Origin: Lenisia limosa | Taxonomy: Eukaryota > Protista > Breviatea | Reading direction: 5' to 3' | DNA: 35,265 bases | Assembly: GCA_001655205.1 (NCBI GenBank) | Contig: LPNZ01011614.1 | Span: forward strand, 1 to 35,265 | Part shown: positions 11,994 to 24,767 of the stretch, one piece after another | Layout: every line of letters starts with the position of its first letter | How positions within the stretch are numbered: the first letter of the stretch is position 1 | Position numbers and translations under genes: made by a program | Notes under the pieces: model-generated | What the model saw: only the letters and a program-made list of their open reading frames with translations | Database searches by the model: none | Told to the model about the DNA's origin: nothing

Positions 11994-12610
11994 TTTTGGG
12001 TCTTTCTTTATGTTTTTCTTTTTGGGGTTGGGGTTGGGGGTTATGTTTGATATAGTCTTAATATGATACGTTCAAAGGGCTGCAGAACTTGGGAGCGAGG
12101 CGGTGGGAGGTGCAAATATACATGGTCATCCCCCAGGACTGGTATTATGCTACATCAATATTCTCCTTGATAGATTTGTTTGGACTAGCGGTAGTGGATG
12201 TGAAATTCGGGGAAACTTCGGAGTAGACGCACGTGCCGGGGTCAGGGGGGTAGTTCCGGGAATGGAGGAAGATTGTTGCTTATATGTATTCTATTAAGAG
12301 ATTATTAAGCACAGATTAAGTATATATTTCACCTTATTTATGAGGTTCTATTGGAACAGTGCAGGAAAACGTAATAATGAGTACTTGCCGTGGACCAACC
12401 TTCTTTTGCAGTAATTTTAGTCTATAAACTTACTCGTGACAAATTTGAGCGATAACTACCAAAAATCTCCACTCCCCAGCGTTTTCTTTGGAATGATAAT
12501 TACTCCGCTCTTCTTCCTGGTGACGCTTGTCTATTGGGCCACTCCATTACAAGGGTATTCCAGGGTTTCGGGGATAATGAGTGATGTAGTAATGTTGTAG
12601 ATCTTATTCA

Positions 12611-15600
12611 ATGAATCCTCCCATCATATTCATACATTCCTTGTCCTTGTTGCTGTCATTTCCCTTACCTTCGGCCGAAATATCGGCTCACCCCGATCAA
12701 AGTCACTCACTTGAATCCTTGTTAAACATTTAGCAATGCTGAGTGCTGTGTCGAATCGCCGTCAATGGTTGGGCTTCTTTTGGAGTGACATTTGAGGATG
12801 GACAGACATATGTATGGTGGTATTTCACGGAGGGGTATTTGGCTCGTTCTCATAATAACACTCTAATTTTAAGGAAATAAAATCAAAAAAAAAAAAAAAA
12901 AAATATNNNNNNNNNNNNNNNNNNNNNNNNNNNNNNNNNNNNNNNNNNNNNNNNNNNNNNNNNNNNNNNNNNNNNNNNNNNNNNNNNNNNNGATGGTATA
13001 GACGGCTTCGGCCAGACACTACCATCTTGATTCCCCTTAATATATGGAGCTTTTGTAATCGGAGGAATCATGTTTCAATTTTCAAAACACTTTTGGAGTT
13101 GCTGTGTTGTTTTATATTAATGATATTTACATTTTTTTAAGAAAACATCGAAACACGCAAACCACCTGGGTACTCTCTCACGCCACAGGTTGGACTGGAC
13201 GCAATTTCGACCTTTAAGCTCACCCCATGCTCCGACTCTTCCCTCATCATCCCCGGGTGCAAGTACCAGATTTGTGGGTACAATACTCCTGGGATTGATC
13301 TCTGTTTTTTATACATGAGATATTATTTTGAAATGGTTGACTACACCTCACTTATGCTTTCTCAATAATGTTTGCTCGTAATGTATGTGAGACTCAAACA
13401 CACAACTTTTTTTGAGGCCTGGTACATTTTGCACTTCAGCTGACTCAATAGGAATTTCTGCAATTTCCCTAAATAACCTGTTTCATCCCAATTTCCTTTT
13501 TCCATTCCCAAGAAGTCCTTACTCTGTAGCGCTGGAGGAGTACCGACAGACGGAAGTGGCCTATAACTTCAATCTCGAAGTGGCTGATAGTGACACGTTC
13601 TCTTCGATCAGTGTGGCGTCACCTTCTTATTCGGCGGGATGGCAAGCGTGGATGAGATGCAATAAAGTCCGTAAGTTGTTGAGGAAATTCCGGCGGTTGC
13701 TCTTGAAATGGAATACTCACTTTGTCCAAAAAGTAACGATTGTTTGTATGTGTTTGATATTCCGTGTATGGTCACCCTCAGTCCTTCCAACATATCTTTG
13801 ATGCTGGTTTATTGACACTATTGTCACCCGACAGTCCCCCGTGGCCAGTCTCAGCGCGGGCGTTCTGACGGGTGCAAATCTCAATGAAAACGTTGACGGA
13901 ATTCTGGAAGTTTCTCTCAAGCAAGGTGACGTCAGCATTTCTCTTGAGTATGCCACTCTAATAATTGGTCTTGGGCTTTGTACGGTAATTAGTCTGTAAC
14001 TCTGGTGCGGTTAGTGATATTACCATCACTCGACATTATCTGGTACTGTCCGATCATTAAATGTGTCAGCATTTTTTATCATTATCAAAATTTCAATTAT
14101 CGATAATATTTGGCTTTATCGAGAATTCATTCAAACATCAATTACATGGCACATCAAGAGCCAGCATGACTTATTCAGACTTTCGGTAAGCAAATGCGCA
14201 TCGACATGTGAGACCTGCTCTGACGACTCCTGCATCCAGTGTAAAAGCCCGAATTATTTTTCATGTAAGACATGTCTCCCCTGCAGCGCCCAGAAGAGAT
14301 CGCAAGGATTTTTGCTCAACGTCTGCGGCCCGTGTCTCAGAAATTTCTACCATCTCAACGCCAACTCCCTTTGTACTGGTTGGGGGGGGGGGGCTAAATA
14401 CACTCTCTTCAGTCAAAGCATGCAAGAACAGTGGGTGAAAAACAAAGTTGCTTTTCTGCATTTACCCCCCCCCCTCCCCAGCCTTCACAACATGCACTGC
14501 TAGCAACCAGCCTTCACCACATGCACTGCTAGCAACCAGCCTTCACAACATGCACTACTAGCAACCAGCCTTCACAACATGCACTGCTTGCAACCAGTAC
14601 ACGGCAACCGCAGGATCCGCAACCTCCGACGCCATTTGTGGCTCGTGCGCCACTCAGAAGAGATCCAGCAAGGCCGGTGACAACTGCGACACGTGTCTGG
14701 CAGGATACTACTGGCCGGGAGACGGCGGCGTAAGCGCCACTTCAAAATGCTCGCGTGAGTGTGGGGGTTGTATCTAGGGCTTCCCTGCGGTCCGAAAAAG
14801 ACCGGTAGAGTATCGATATTTATCGAGGGTTTATCGAGAAATTTATTTTTGGGACCGTTGGAGAGTCAGCTGTGCCAATGCTTCTCCACATTAGCAATAT
14901 GCTCTCAGTGTATCATCCTGGGTCTGCAAAATCGTTGCTTGCTTTTGTTCCTTGCAGTCACCCCCCCCCCCCCNNNNNNNNNNNNNNNNNNNNNNNNNNN
15001 NNNNNNNNNNNNNNNNNNNNNNNNNNNNNNNNNNNNNNNNNNNNNNNNNNNNNNNNNNNNNNNNNNNNNNNNNNNNNNNNNNGTCTTTTTCAACTTGCTT
15101 CTCCCCAGATGTGACTTTCAAACAATCCATTTTCAAATAAGCAATATTGGGGTTTTAAAAATTTGGTGACAGCTGCGGGAAAGTTAACCTAACCATAGCT
15201 CATTTTGACCATTCAGCGCATCGCACGTGTCAAACGCTCGAGTACCCCCTGACTGCAAACCCCCACGCAAGACGTGGCCTGCGCACTGTGCAGCGCAATC
15301 AATAGGAAAGGCCACTCGATAAACTGTGGTACGTGCCTTCCGAACTACTTTCACACAACGACGGGAGCAAATGTCGGTGTCGCGGACGTCTGCATAGGTG
15401 GGACGGCTACACTGACTGGATTTTGCAACCTTGTGTTTGCCAACGATATGAACCGACTGCATAAATGATACCACATCATATTATTAACCATTAAACCATC
15501 AAACATCGGTGAATATTTTGAATCACATAAATGGCAAACTAACAGCCAGCGGCAAAAACATGTCCAAGCGACCCCAAGTACCTTGCTGAAAATTGCACTT

Positions 15601-16658
15601 TTACCACGGATGCGGTGTCCAAGCAATGTGGCGAGTTAAATCGAAAGAGCGCTGACGGCCCCACCTGCGGCGTCTGTGTGTCTAACTTCTACAATCTGTC
15701 TCCGTGTGTAATAGTGGGCGGTTGGGGGAGCGTGACAAGTGTGTAAACTGGGCATACTCTGTGGGTATTACTCTCAGGTCTATTTTGAAACTCTCAGTTT
15801 TGTAATTGTACTGTTTGATATCTATTCAGCATCCCTTTTCACCGTTGTTACATTTTAACATCCATCTTTTGTTAATACGTACATATATATGATATGATAT
15901 ACTTTTTCTATGGAGCTACATGTCTATCATATTGTCTTTTATTCCATCGAGAACCACAATTGGATCCTCATTTACTCAGTGTGCGAGGTTTGCACATTCA
16001 GTGCCAAACCTTGTGGCACATGCTTTGGTAAGTCTGGCTTATTAACTGTAATGGATACAACACGTCTCCTGTTATTGTGACTTGCAGATTGCACGCCTTT
16101 CGACCCAAAAACTCGGTGTAGTGGTGAGCAAGTTGACTACTACAAGTTGGGGAAGAAGTCCGGGAGTTGGGGAGTCCGGACTGAAACTGTTGGTTGTATT
16201 CAATTCCAAGTATCGTTGAGTATGGTGCACTTCATATGATAGTGGAAATCTGAACATCTCAGAATTTTTCCTGAGTATCGGAAGGTCAAAATTGACCACG
16301 TCTGTTGAAATACTTATTATTTGTCAACTCTGTGCACACAACTTTTTTCTTGCCTCCCAGCATACGTTATTCATTATTCTAACGGATAAATCAACTTGTT
16401 TTTTTTTTTAACCTAGCCTTATTCTAATTGTTAAATTTTGCGAATTGTTGCTTATTTGTTCAGAGAGGGTATCACCACAGACGCCTGTGTGGCCTTCTGT
16501 CAAGGTTTATTACCTCCTTCAGATTGTGTCAATCTCACGAAATCTGGGGGGTGGGGGTCAAACGGCTGGGGCAAGACTCGTTCTAATTTTCTAGGATCCG
16601 ATAAATGCGCATGTTATATGACCTACAGTACTGTGAGCAGTTCAACCACAATGGCTAG
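12611..16658 (+). CDS. Probably secreted Cys-rich repeat protein (TNFR-like / GCC2-GCC3-like repeats), possibly pseudogenised
   Basis: Exons encode CASTCETCSDDSCIQCKSPNYFSCKTCLPC.., YTATAGSATSDAICGSCATQKRSSKAGDNCDTCLAGYYW.., QDVACALCSAINRKGHSINCGTCLPNYF.., YLAENCTFTTDAVSKQCGELNRKSADGPTCGVCVSNFY.. (recurrent Y-x-T/S-D-x-x-C-x-x-C pattern). A hydrophobic stretch FLVLVAVISLTFG lies near 12636-12675. Start and stop are uncertain; there is a frameshift near 15258-15266. Confidence 0.7.
14482..14597 (+). repeat. 29-bp tandem repeat x4 of exon start plus CAG
   Basis: CCTTCACAACATGCACTGCTAGCAACCAG units at 14482, 14511, 14540 and 14569. Confidence 0.92.
14775..14870 (+). mobile_element. hAT-like MITE, subfamily A, right end decayed
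   Basis: TAGGGCTTCCCTGCGGTCCGAAAAAGACCGG..TATCGATATTTATCGAGGGTTTATCGAGAAATTT..TTTTTGGGACCGT; no clear TSD. Confidence 0.8.
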
Positions 16659-17181
16659 TACATGTAACAACTCAAGATGAGGGCGATAGTGTGTATCAGT
16701 TTTTTTATTAGTGTGAGGGATGTGGGGCACTGTGTATGCTATTATTGCTATCGTCTGTATATTATGGTGTTGATGCTGTTGCTGCCAAAGCATTTGTGGA
16801 TTCCAGCATTGGTGGAATATTCAAGATTGTATGGGGACTTCAATATATTACCGAATTGTGCCTTTACTTTTCGTTTCTAAACGACTGATTTGCGATAATC
16901 CTGAAAAGAACGTTGGATTATGTGTCTAAACAACTGATTTGCAATTATCCTGAAAGGAACGTTGGATTAGAAAGATACATAAGAAAAAAAACTAGACCTT
17001 CACACGAGGCAACAATTAGATAATTCACACAAGGCTGTCAATAAAGCTCTCTAACGACTGATTGATTGATGATGACATAATACCACCCATTGGGGTCATG
17101 TGGTCTACAAAGTCATATTCAACTGCAAACGCTGGAAGATGAGAAATGGTATCAATAGAATCACCCCATTCTCCGTGGTGT

Positions 17182-20100
17182 TCAAACATCATGCAACTGG
17201 GCTATTATCTTCGACTCTTTAGTTACCCCCCCCCCCTCACCCAAAAACAGCTCCTTGAGCGCCGGGCTTTGAGCCAGGTCAGCGGCTGTATTGCCTCGAG
17301 AGTCCTGTATAGACGTGTCCACCCCATGTTGAAGTAGTAATCTGGCACGGGTGAGTGCCGAAGTGAAGTTCATTGTAAGTTAGCTCAAAAACCAGATAAC
17401 CCCAACCGAACATAGCAGAAACGATGTATATATAGCTATATATATATCAATGAGAAATAAAAAACAAGGTNNNNNNNNNNNNNNNNNNNNNNNNNNNNNN
17501 NNNNNNNNNNNNNNNNNNNNNNNNNNNNNCCAATCATTTGCCTTACAACTCTGTGCACACAGCGTTCTGCGTGCATGAATAAGGACAATAGCCCCTTCAT
17601 AATAACCCAGGTAGGCCCTCCTAAATCCGTCTTATGCCACAGATTCAGGAGGTGCCAGAGAGTTAGAATTGCAGACATCAAAGGCTATAATATTATCGTA
17701 AATATTGACAATGTCCTCAAAGGAGAACATATTATAAGTGGCTCAATAGTAGGACCATCACCACCCCCGTACCGACACACCCCCACGTGCCCCTTGGCCG
17801 CTGCTGCCATGAGGGGACTTCGGCCGAAGCGGTCAATTGCGTTCTCCAGTGAGCCCTAAGGAATAAGAAGATGGATGGCTGTAGAAGTGAGAAAAGTAGC
17901 CCCAAACTGAAAAGGTTTAGAGAAGTAATGGCTAGAACAAAATTGGTCCAAAGATTAGTCCAACTTTGTGGAATAGGCATGAGGGGCTTGCCCCAACATG
18001 AAATACCGCCGCTCTCCACACGGTTAGAAAGTTCAGAGATAAAGTTTCAACAAGAACCAGATACAACAACGGGTTCAGAGTTAAAAGCGTCCACCAAAAA
18101 CACCAAGTAGAAGCCCTCCATTAACATGTTATCTCCATCACCAACCAGATCCAGTAGAATGTTGACCATATCGGTGTTGCCAATCTCGGAGGCAGAATGC
18201 AGGGAGGTCCGGTTCAAATTGTCGACACGGTTCAACACCTATGTGGGGGGGGGGGNNNNNNNNNNNNNNNNNNNNNNNNNNNNNNNNNNNNNNNNNNNNN
18301 NNNNNNNNNNNNNNNNNNNNNNNNNNNNNNNNCAGTTGCTTCTGCAGCACCGCATTCCATCACATATTGATGAAATGGCACCTGGTAAGAGGGTATGAAA
18401 CAAACACTAAATAATAACAATGGGCCGCTGCAATAACACATTGTGGTATACTGTGGGATACCTCAGAAGGGATGTCACCGATGATGGAAGATAGGCCATC
18501 TATTACACCGCGCAGAACAGATGGGCCGTGTCTACACAGTAAAATGGCATGACGTTACAATGCGGCTCATACCCGGACATGATGGCATCCTGTAGTGGAG
18601 ACATCTCGAAAGACCGGTCCAAAAACGCTGCTTTTGGGAAGGCTGCAAGGGAGTTCTTAATTTGCCGCACACTGCCTGAAGCCAGTGCTGACTCGTAGCA
18701 GAGAACTAAATGACGTCAATAACATTGAACTGCGATATCACAAACAACGATTCAACCCCCCCCCCCCCNNNNNNNNNNNNNNNNNNNNNNNNNNNNNNNN
18801 NNNNNNNNNNNNNNNNNNNNNNNNNNNNNNNNNNNNNNNNNNNNNNNNNNNNNNNNNNNNNNNNNNNNNNNNNNNNNNNNNNNNNNNNNNNNNAGACTGC
18901 TTCTGAAGCTGCGACTGTGAGAAAGCACTAGAGTTTTACTCTGGTCTGAAAAAGACCGATAAAAAATCGACAGATTTCGAAGACTTATCGAGAAATTCCG
19001 TCTTTTTTGAACCGAAGCGAAGCCATAGAAAGGACTATGCGCTTCGATTATCAGGCATGTAGTATCAGATACATTTCAATGGACTACACGTAAAAAAACT
19101 GAGAATTATCAATACTGTGAGGCTTCAATGAATCTTTGAAAGCCCGTAACACAATTGGTCAAAGGTTGTCCCAAGGTGAGAGAACATGGAAGGCAATGAT
19201 GAAAGGTTCTGTCTGACAAAAGCCCTTTGTTTTGTTTGATGATGATATCTAACACCCCACCCCGCGATATCAAAGAATCCCACCCCACCCCGCGCCCCCC
19301 CCCACAACAANNNNNNNNNNNNNNNNNNNNNNNNNNNNNNNNNNNNNNNNNNNNNNNNNNNNNNNNNNNNNNNNNNNNNNNNNNNNNNNGTGGCCTTTTG
19401 CGTAACCGGAAGCCGTCGGGTCGGAAGGTCGTTCCGATCTGTCGGAAGCGCGGGGCTCTGTTCCGATGCCGACCACGGGACGGCGTTACTGAGTTTGTGC
19501 GTGTTGAGCCCGGGCTGGGGCTTCTCAATTTCGTTGCGTGGAGTATGGCGTGGCCGTTCATGCAGCTGCCCGGCCGATTTAACGTTCCTTCGCGACACCA
19601 GCTGGGGGCGGAACATGGACTTGGGCCCGGCAGATTTGGTCCGAACTGAACCTTCCGATGCTTCCGACACTGCTAATTTGGGTCCAGTGGACATCTGTCT
19701 GTTCCGAGCAGCACTCACAGGGCGGGAAAACGGCTTCTTTTCTGACAAGTCAGGATGAAGAGTTTCTATTACTCAGCCCACCATCATGAACCCATACCAC
19801 CCACCTTCACGGTTGTAGCGATCGGAGAGAAGGGGTTCGGATTGGGATGCGCCACTTTGCAGAGACGCCAAATGCAGTTCGGGGGGCTTCAAGGTGGGCA
19901 CGTCTATATCATGATTAGAGCTTTGAAGAACAATTTATTGAGTATTATCGAGAAATACCTTCTGGGCAGAAAATGCATAGCAAAAAGTTATATTTCTGGG
20001 CAGAAAATGCATAGCAAAACAGTTATATTTGTGCGACAAGTCATGACATGCAAGGCCGGTATGAAGCCACTCAAACCGGAGGAATTATTGGGGCAGCTCG

Positions 20101-23100
20101 GAGGTTCAGGCGGGCCTATCGATGACTGAAGCCATGTAGGCACGGCGGCGGAACAAGGCTCCGATGCCTGCGGTTGTGTGGACAGCCATGAAGGGAGTTC
20201 CTGGGGAATGGGCTTGTCGCTACCCCCATATTCTTCGTCATTAATCAAAGCGTCATCTTCTTGCCTGATCTCTTCCTTTTCGAGTTCGTCCATGTCAACC
20301 TTGATTTCTTCGCTTTCCTCTACTTCCTTCTCTTCCTCCTCGTATTCATCTGACACCTCAGACCCCTCGTAATAGTCCTCGTCCTCGCCATAGTACTCCG
20401 CCGTTTCGGACGCGGTTGCTTCGGCATCCATAACGTCGTCACTGCGGTATCATATCAAAAGCAATGGTGATATGTGTACGCTCTTTCTTAAAATACTCAG
20501 CAATGGTGATACGTGTACGCTCTTATGTGGTATTTCTTAAAATACCCCACCATACTCATCCCTCCAACTACCTGGTGAGCGGGCGGACTTCAATTTGCTC
20601 CATATTGAAAATGACCCTTAAATGATTAGTTATACTTAACCACTAAAAATGCAGAAATATAATAATAATCCAACCTCGGGAGTCACTTCACATTCGCTTA
20701 CTTTGAAGTTTTCCGTTCGCGTTCAGCTTGAGACTCAGAATTGGACGGACCAAACACTGCGTTCGACGCCTGAGGATAATGGTCAATTTAGAAGGGATAA
20801 ATGAGCATGGTAAGGGTCACGATGGGTGACTAGGGCTAGCCTATGGCCACAAAAGTTACTAGCTTTCAGGAATATTGCTACTTTTCAGTCATCCTACGAG
20901 GCAATGATACGACCAAATTGAGAAGGTATTGAACAGAGTACAATATCGATAATTCAAGAGATGGTATCAGAAAATTCATCCACTGAAGAGCAACATACCT
21001 TCACTGGCGATGGCTCCGGCTCGGCCGGTATCTTTGGCCTGGGTGTGACGTAAACATCCTCCATCGCCTCGACGGCGGGCTGTTGAGTTAGTTGCGAGAA
21101 TGTTCTCTGATGGTCATCCACAAGACCATCAGAATGCGAATAGTAGCTACTAAATTGTTTTAGCTTTGTCTCGGATAAAGAAAAGAATAGATTCTTGTAA
21201 ATGTATCAGGAACCCACTGGAGACAGTGAAAGAGGCGGACTAAGTTGTTTCGAAGTTGGCTCGGTTACATCTGTCAGAGGCTCAGATTTGAGCGGAATAG
21301 GCTCGGCGGTGTGTGAGAATGCCTCCGATTTCGCTGAAGGCTGGGAGTTGAGGCTTGGAGTTGGATCGGATTCAATGACATCATCTAAATCAGATTGGGA
21401 TTCGGGCTCAATTGTGGAAGGTAGAGTATCATCACCAGATGATTGAGTGGCTGTTTCTGAAGAAGGTGGCATAATGGATGTCGACACTGCTGGTGGCTTT
21501 GTAGATGATGATGAGGATGATCTTGTGGATGATGATGCTAATGGCTGTTGCTGTGCAGCAGGCTGTTTGATGGGTTCTAAAGACATCCTTGTTGAAGCAA
21601 CAGACGAGGATGATAGTGGTCGTCCGGATGATGAAGTTGGTCTATTTGATGACGAAGGCTTTAACGACTCTGACGGTCTTAGTCCAGATGCTGATTGCGG
21701 TCGCCTTGAAGAGGCAGAAAACGGAAGATTGGATGATGAGGATGTGGATGAGGATGATGATGGTGGTCTTTTTGCTGATGCCAAAGGCCTGACACCAGAT
21801 GATGATGACTGGGGTCTTCCAGATGATGATGACTGGGGTGGCTGTGTTGATGGTTGCTTTGTGGATGCTGAAGATGGTGATAAAGGTCTCCCTCCAGAAG
21901 ATGAAGATGGGCAAACTACTGCAACAGATTCGTACGTTCGACTCCTTGAAGCAGACTGAGGCCTCGTAGAGGGAGAAGAATTCCTTATTCCAGAAGAGGA
22001 CAGCGGGCGTGCGTTAGAAGCAGAACATGGGCGTGTTGTGGATGATGATGGACGATTAGATGATGCTGAGGATGGTCTTGTTGATGATGATGCTGATGGC
22101 TGTGGCTGTGCATCAGGGTGTTTGATGGGTTCTGAAGGCATCCTTGTTGAAGCAACAGACGAGGATGATGGTGGTCGTCCAGATGATGAAGATGGTCTAT
22201 TTGATGGCGAAGGCTTTAACGACTCTGACGGTCTTAGTCCGGATGCCGATTGCGGTCGTCTTGACGAGGCAGAAAATAGACGATTGGATGATGAAAGATG
22301 TGTGGATGACGATAATGGTGGCTGTGTGGGAGTGGATGATGATGACGAACATTCAGATGATAGCAGTAATGGTTGTTTGCTAGGCTCTAGGACTGACTTT
22401 GCTGCTGGCGCAGACGTGGGTCTTGATGAAGATGCAGACGAAGGTCTTGATGAAGATGCAAAAGAGGGTCTTGAGGAGGTAGGCATCACTTCTGAAGGCT
22501 GCTCTTTTTGCGGCTCAATTTTATTTGATGCAGAATGGGTGACATCCGCCCCATATAATGGTCCTGAATTGTGAAACGAAAAAACATGTCGATATCAGAA
22601 CATATTAAACAGTAACTGGTCAGGCTGAAGTCATCCACACTGTCACAGTATATGATATCTCATAATATATCATATAGCAATGAGAAATACAAAATAAGGT
22701 TATATTTGGTCGAAGCTCCACACCATCACGCTTTAAGAGATATTGGATACTTGTATAATATTAATTCACCCAAACATTTGCCTTACAACTGTGCACACAA
22801 CTTACTGCGTGGCTCCCCAGCATAGTCACAGTATACTAGATTGAGAAAAAGAAAAACTAGGCACAATCGTGTTAACCCCATCCCTTATGAGGAATTGGCG
22901 GTTAGGGAAACAGAAGAANNNNNNNNNNNNNNNNNNNNNNNNNNNNNNNNNNNNNNNNNNNNNNNNNNNNNNNNNNNNNNNNNNNNNNNNNNNNNNNNAT
23001 TGTGGACGGATGACAATTCTAAACAATAACAGAGATGAAAGCCTAAGTGACTACTGTGAAGAATGAAGGGCGAAGGGAAAACAGAAATTATTATTCATCA

Positions 23101-24190
23101 AGGGCGGGGATGAGATAAAAACACAGAACAAACCATCATGTTTCTGGGGGTGCCTAGGTGCGACAGGAGCGGGCAATTCTAATTCGTCAGTAAAGGAACC
23201 CAATTGGTTTTGGTGAAAAAGACCCCTTTTCAACACCGTCAGGTCTGATATGCTTCAATATCTCAATATTACTGGTTATAATATTCTAGCGCGGGTAATA
23301 AAATTCCTTGTTTTACCATAAGAGAGGCATTATACTATTTAGTATGTATAATATTACACGTTGCTATACGTAACATTTGATATGTACCCTCCCAGCTCCA
23401 GGCAACCTTTGAGCTGCGAAGCGGATATTTTGAGAGTCTTTGGCATGGCCTGGATAGTGGGGGCAGTTCGTGGTGAGACCCCGGGGTGCCGGGGGGACGG
23501 CTTACTCCGGGCCGATACCGGCGGTGACGGAGTGAAGCGGCTAGGTTGGGTTGACAGCAGACTATCCCGCGACGGGTTGGGTGCAGTACTGAGGGACTCA
23601 AAAGAGTCATCTTCCCATTCCATGGTGTAATCAGGGTCTTCGTGGTAGCTGTCGAATGATCTTGGATCTACGTCACCAAGCTTGATAACAGGCACAATGT
23701 TCTCTCCTTCCTGTTGGTCATATTTCGAAGAATGCGGGTCGTGTTTTTCAATATCATAATCATCTTCTTGTTCCTTTATCCTTTCATTTTCTTCTATTTG
23801 CAACTCTTCCGTCTCCTTATCACCCGCGACCTTTTTGATCGACATATCAGGTTCATGAGCCTCTTCAAGTTTGTCTTCTATTTTCTCTTCTTCTTCATCA
23901 CCTTCATCATACTCTTCTTCTCCTTCACTTTCTTCTTCCTCCTCTTCCTCTTCCTCTTCCTCTTCCTCTTCCTCTTCTTCCTCCTCCTCTTCTTCTTCCT
24001 CCTCCTCTTCTTCCTCCTCCTCCTCTTCCTCCTCTTCTTCTCCTTCTTCTTCTTCCTCCTCTTCTTCCTCACTCATTTCCTTATCTATTAATCGTGGGTC
24101 TCTCTCCAAGTACATCCCAGAAATGTTTCTTGTCAACGAATCCATTTTCCAAACTAGGCGATTAGAGGCAAACAGCAGAGACATGGGCAA
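17182..24190 (-). CDS. Large protein with N-terminal poly-Glu tract, long Ser/Pro/Arg-rich disordered region and C-terminal ankyrin repeats
   Basis: Long minus-strand exons at 24190-~23409, ~22564-~21210, ~20440-~20050 and ~19750-19390. Spliced C-terminus reads MSPLQDAIMSG.., NRVDNLNRTSLHSASEIGNTDMVNILLDL, DRFGRSPLMAAAAKGHVGVCR|LLLQHGVDTSIQDSRGNTAADLA (ankyrin consensus), and ends AQLHDV-TGA at 17182. Confidence 0.85.
17447..17575. repeat. Dispersed intronic repeat, copy 1
   Basis: CAATGAGAAATAAAAAACAAGGT...CATTTGCCTTACAACTCTGTGCACACA..CTGCGTG matches 22678-22812. Confidence 0.75.
18929..19027 (+). mobile_element. ~100-bp hAT-like MITE, subfamily B, full length
   Basis: TAGAGTTTTACTCTGGTCTGAAAAAG ... 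TTTTTGAACCGAAGCGAAGCCATA; TSD GAAAGCAC/GAAAGGAC (7/8); intronic in gene 3. Confidence 0.85.
22678..22812. repeat. Dispersed intronic repeat, copy 2
   Basis: CAATGAGAAATACAAAATAAGGT...CATTTGCCTTACAACTGTGCACACA..CTGCGTG; a fragment CAACTCTGTGCACACAACTT also occurs at ~16325-16344. Confidence 0.75.
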
Positions 24191-24767
24191 TATACTAAGA
24201 GAGAATTATAGAAACAGCACAATTGCATTGAAATACCTGGCACTACGACATGCTTTCTTTTTCAAAATATGATAATTAAATGATGACTTATTTCCTTTTC
24301 AACCTTCACCATTATTTCCGAGTACGGAACCTGACGTAACTCAATGTGTGACAAAAGGAAGCCTCCTCCCCTCCCCTCACCGTTTCTTTTTCAATAGATG
24401 TGTCAGAACAGAGTAATTGGGAACAAGAAGAGGGCTGGTGGTGCTTCCTCCATCGGATCAATGCCAACACAATACTTGTTGCTTGCCTGGTCAAAAAGTA
24501 CACAAGCCACTGAATCTCTTGAAAACTATTATGACAATCTGATAATCTAATAACGGTGAATAAATAACTTCTGATAAGGCTGTGAATCCGTGGGGGAGAG
24601 GGGAAAGGAAACCAATAATGTGGGATCGATGATCATGATACTGTTTTACATTTACTATATTATTCAATTTTGTCCTTTTTTTATGGAATATAAAAGATTA
24701 CTATTGCATTAGGTAAATAAGAGGTAGAGTGCTCTGAAATCACAGTATTAAGACTTCTTAATTTTCA

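Noticed and set aside
12493-12554. MIITPLFFLVTLVYWATPLQG as the first exon of gene 2
   Set aside because: It looks like a signal peptide, but I could not join it in phase to the next exon; the start is left uncertain.
21447-22574. Asp-rich plus-strand ORFs (21447-21959, 22038-22574)
   Set aside because: They are antisense shadows of the Ser-rich exon of gene 3, with no independent splice or start support.
23714-24272. Poly-Ser, poly-Phe/Leu and poly-Lys/Arg ORFs
   Set aside because: These are alternative frames or strands of the (GAR)n poly-Glu tract.
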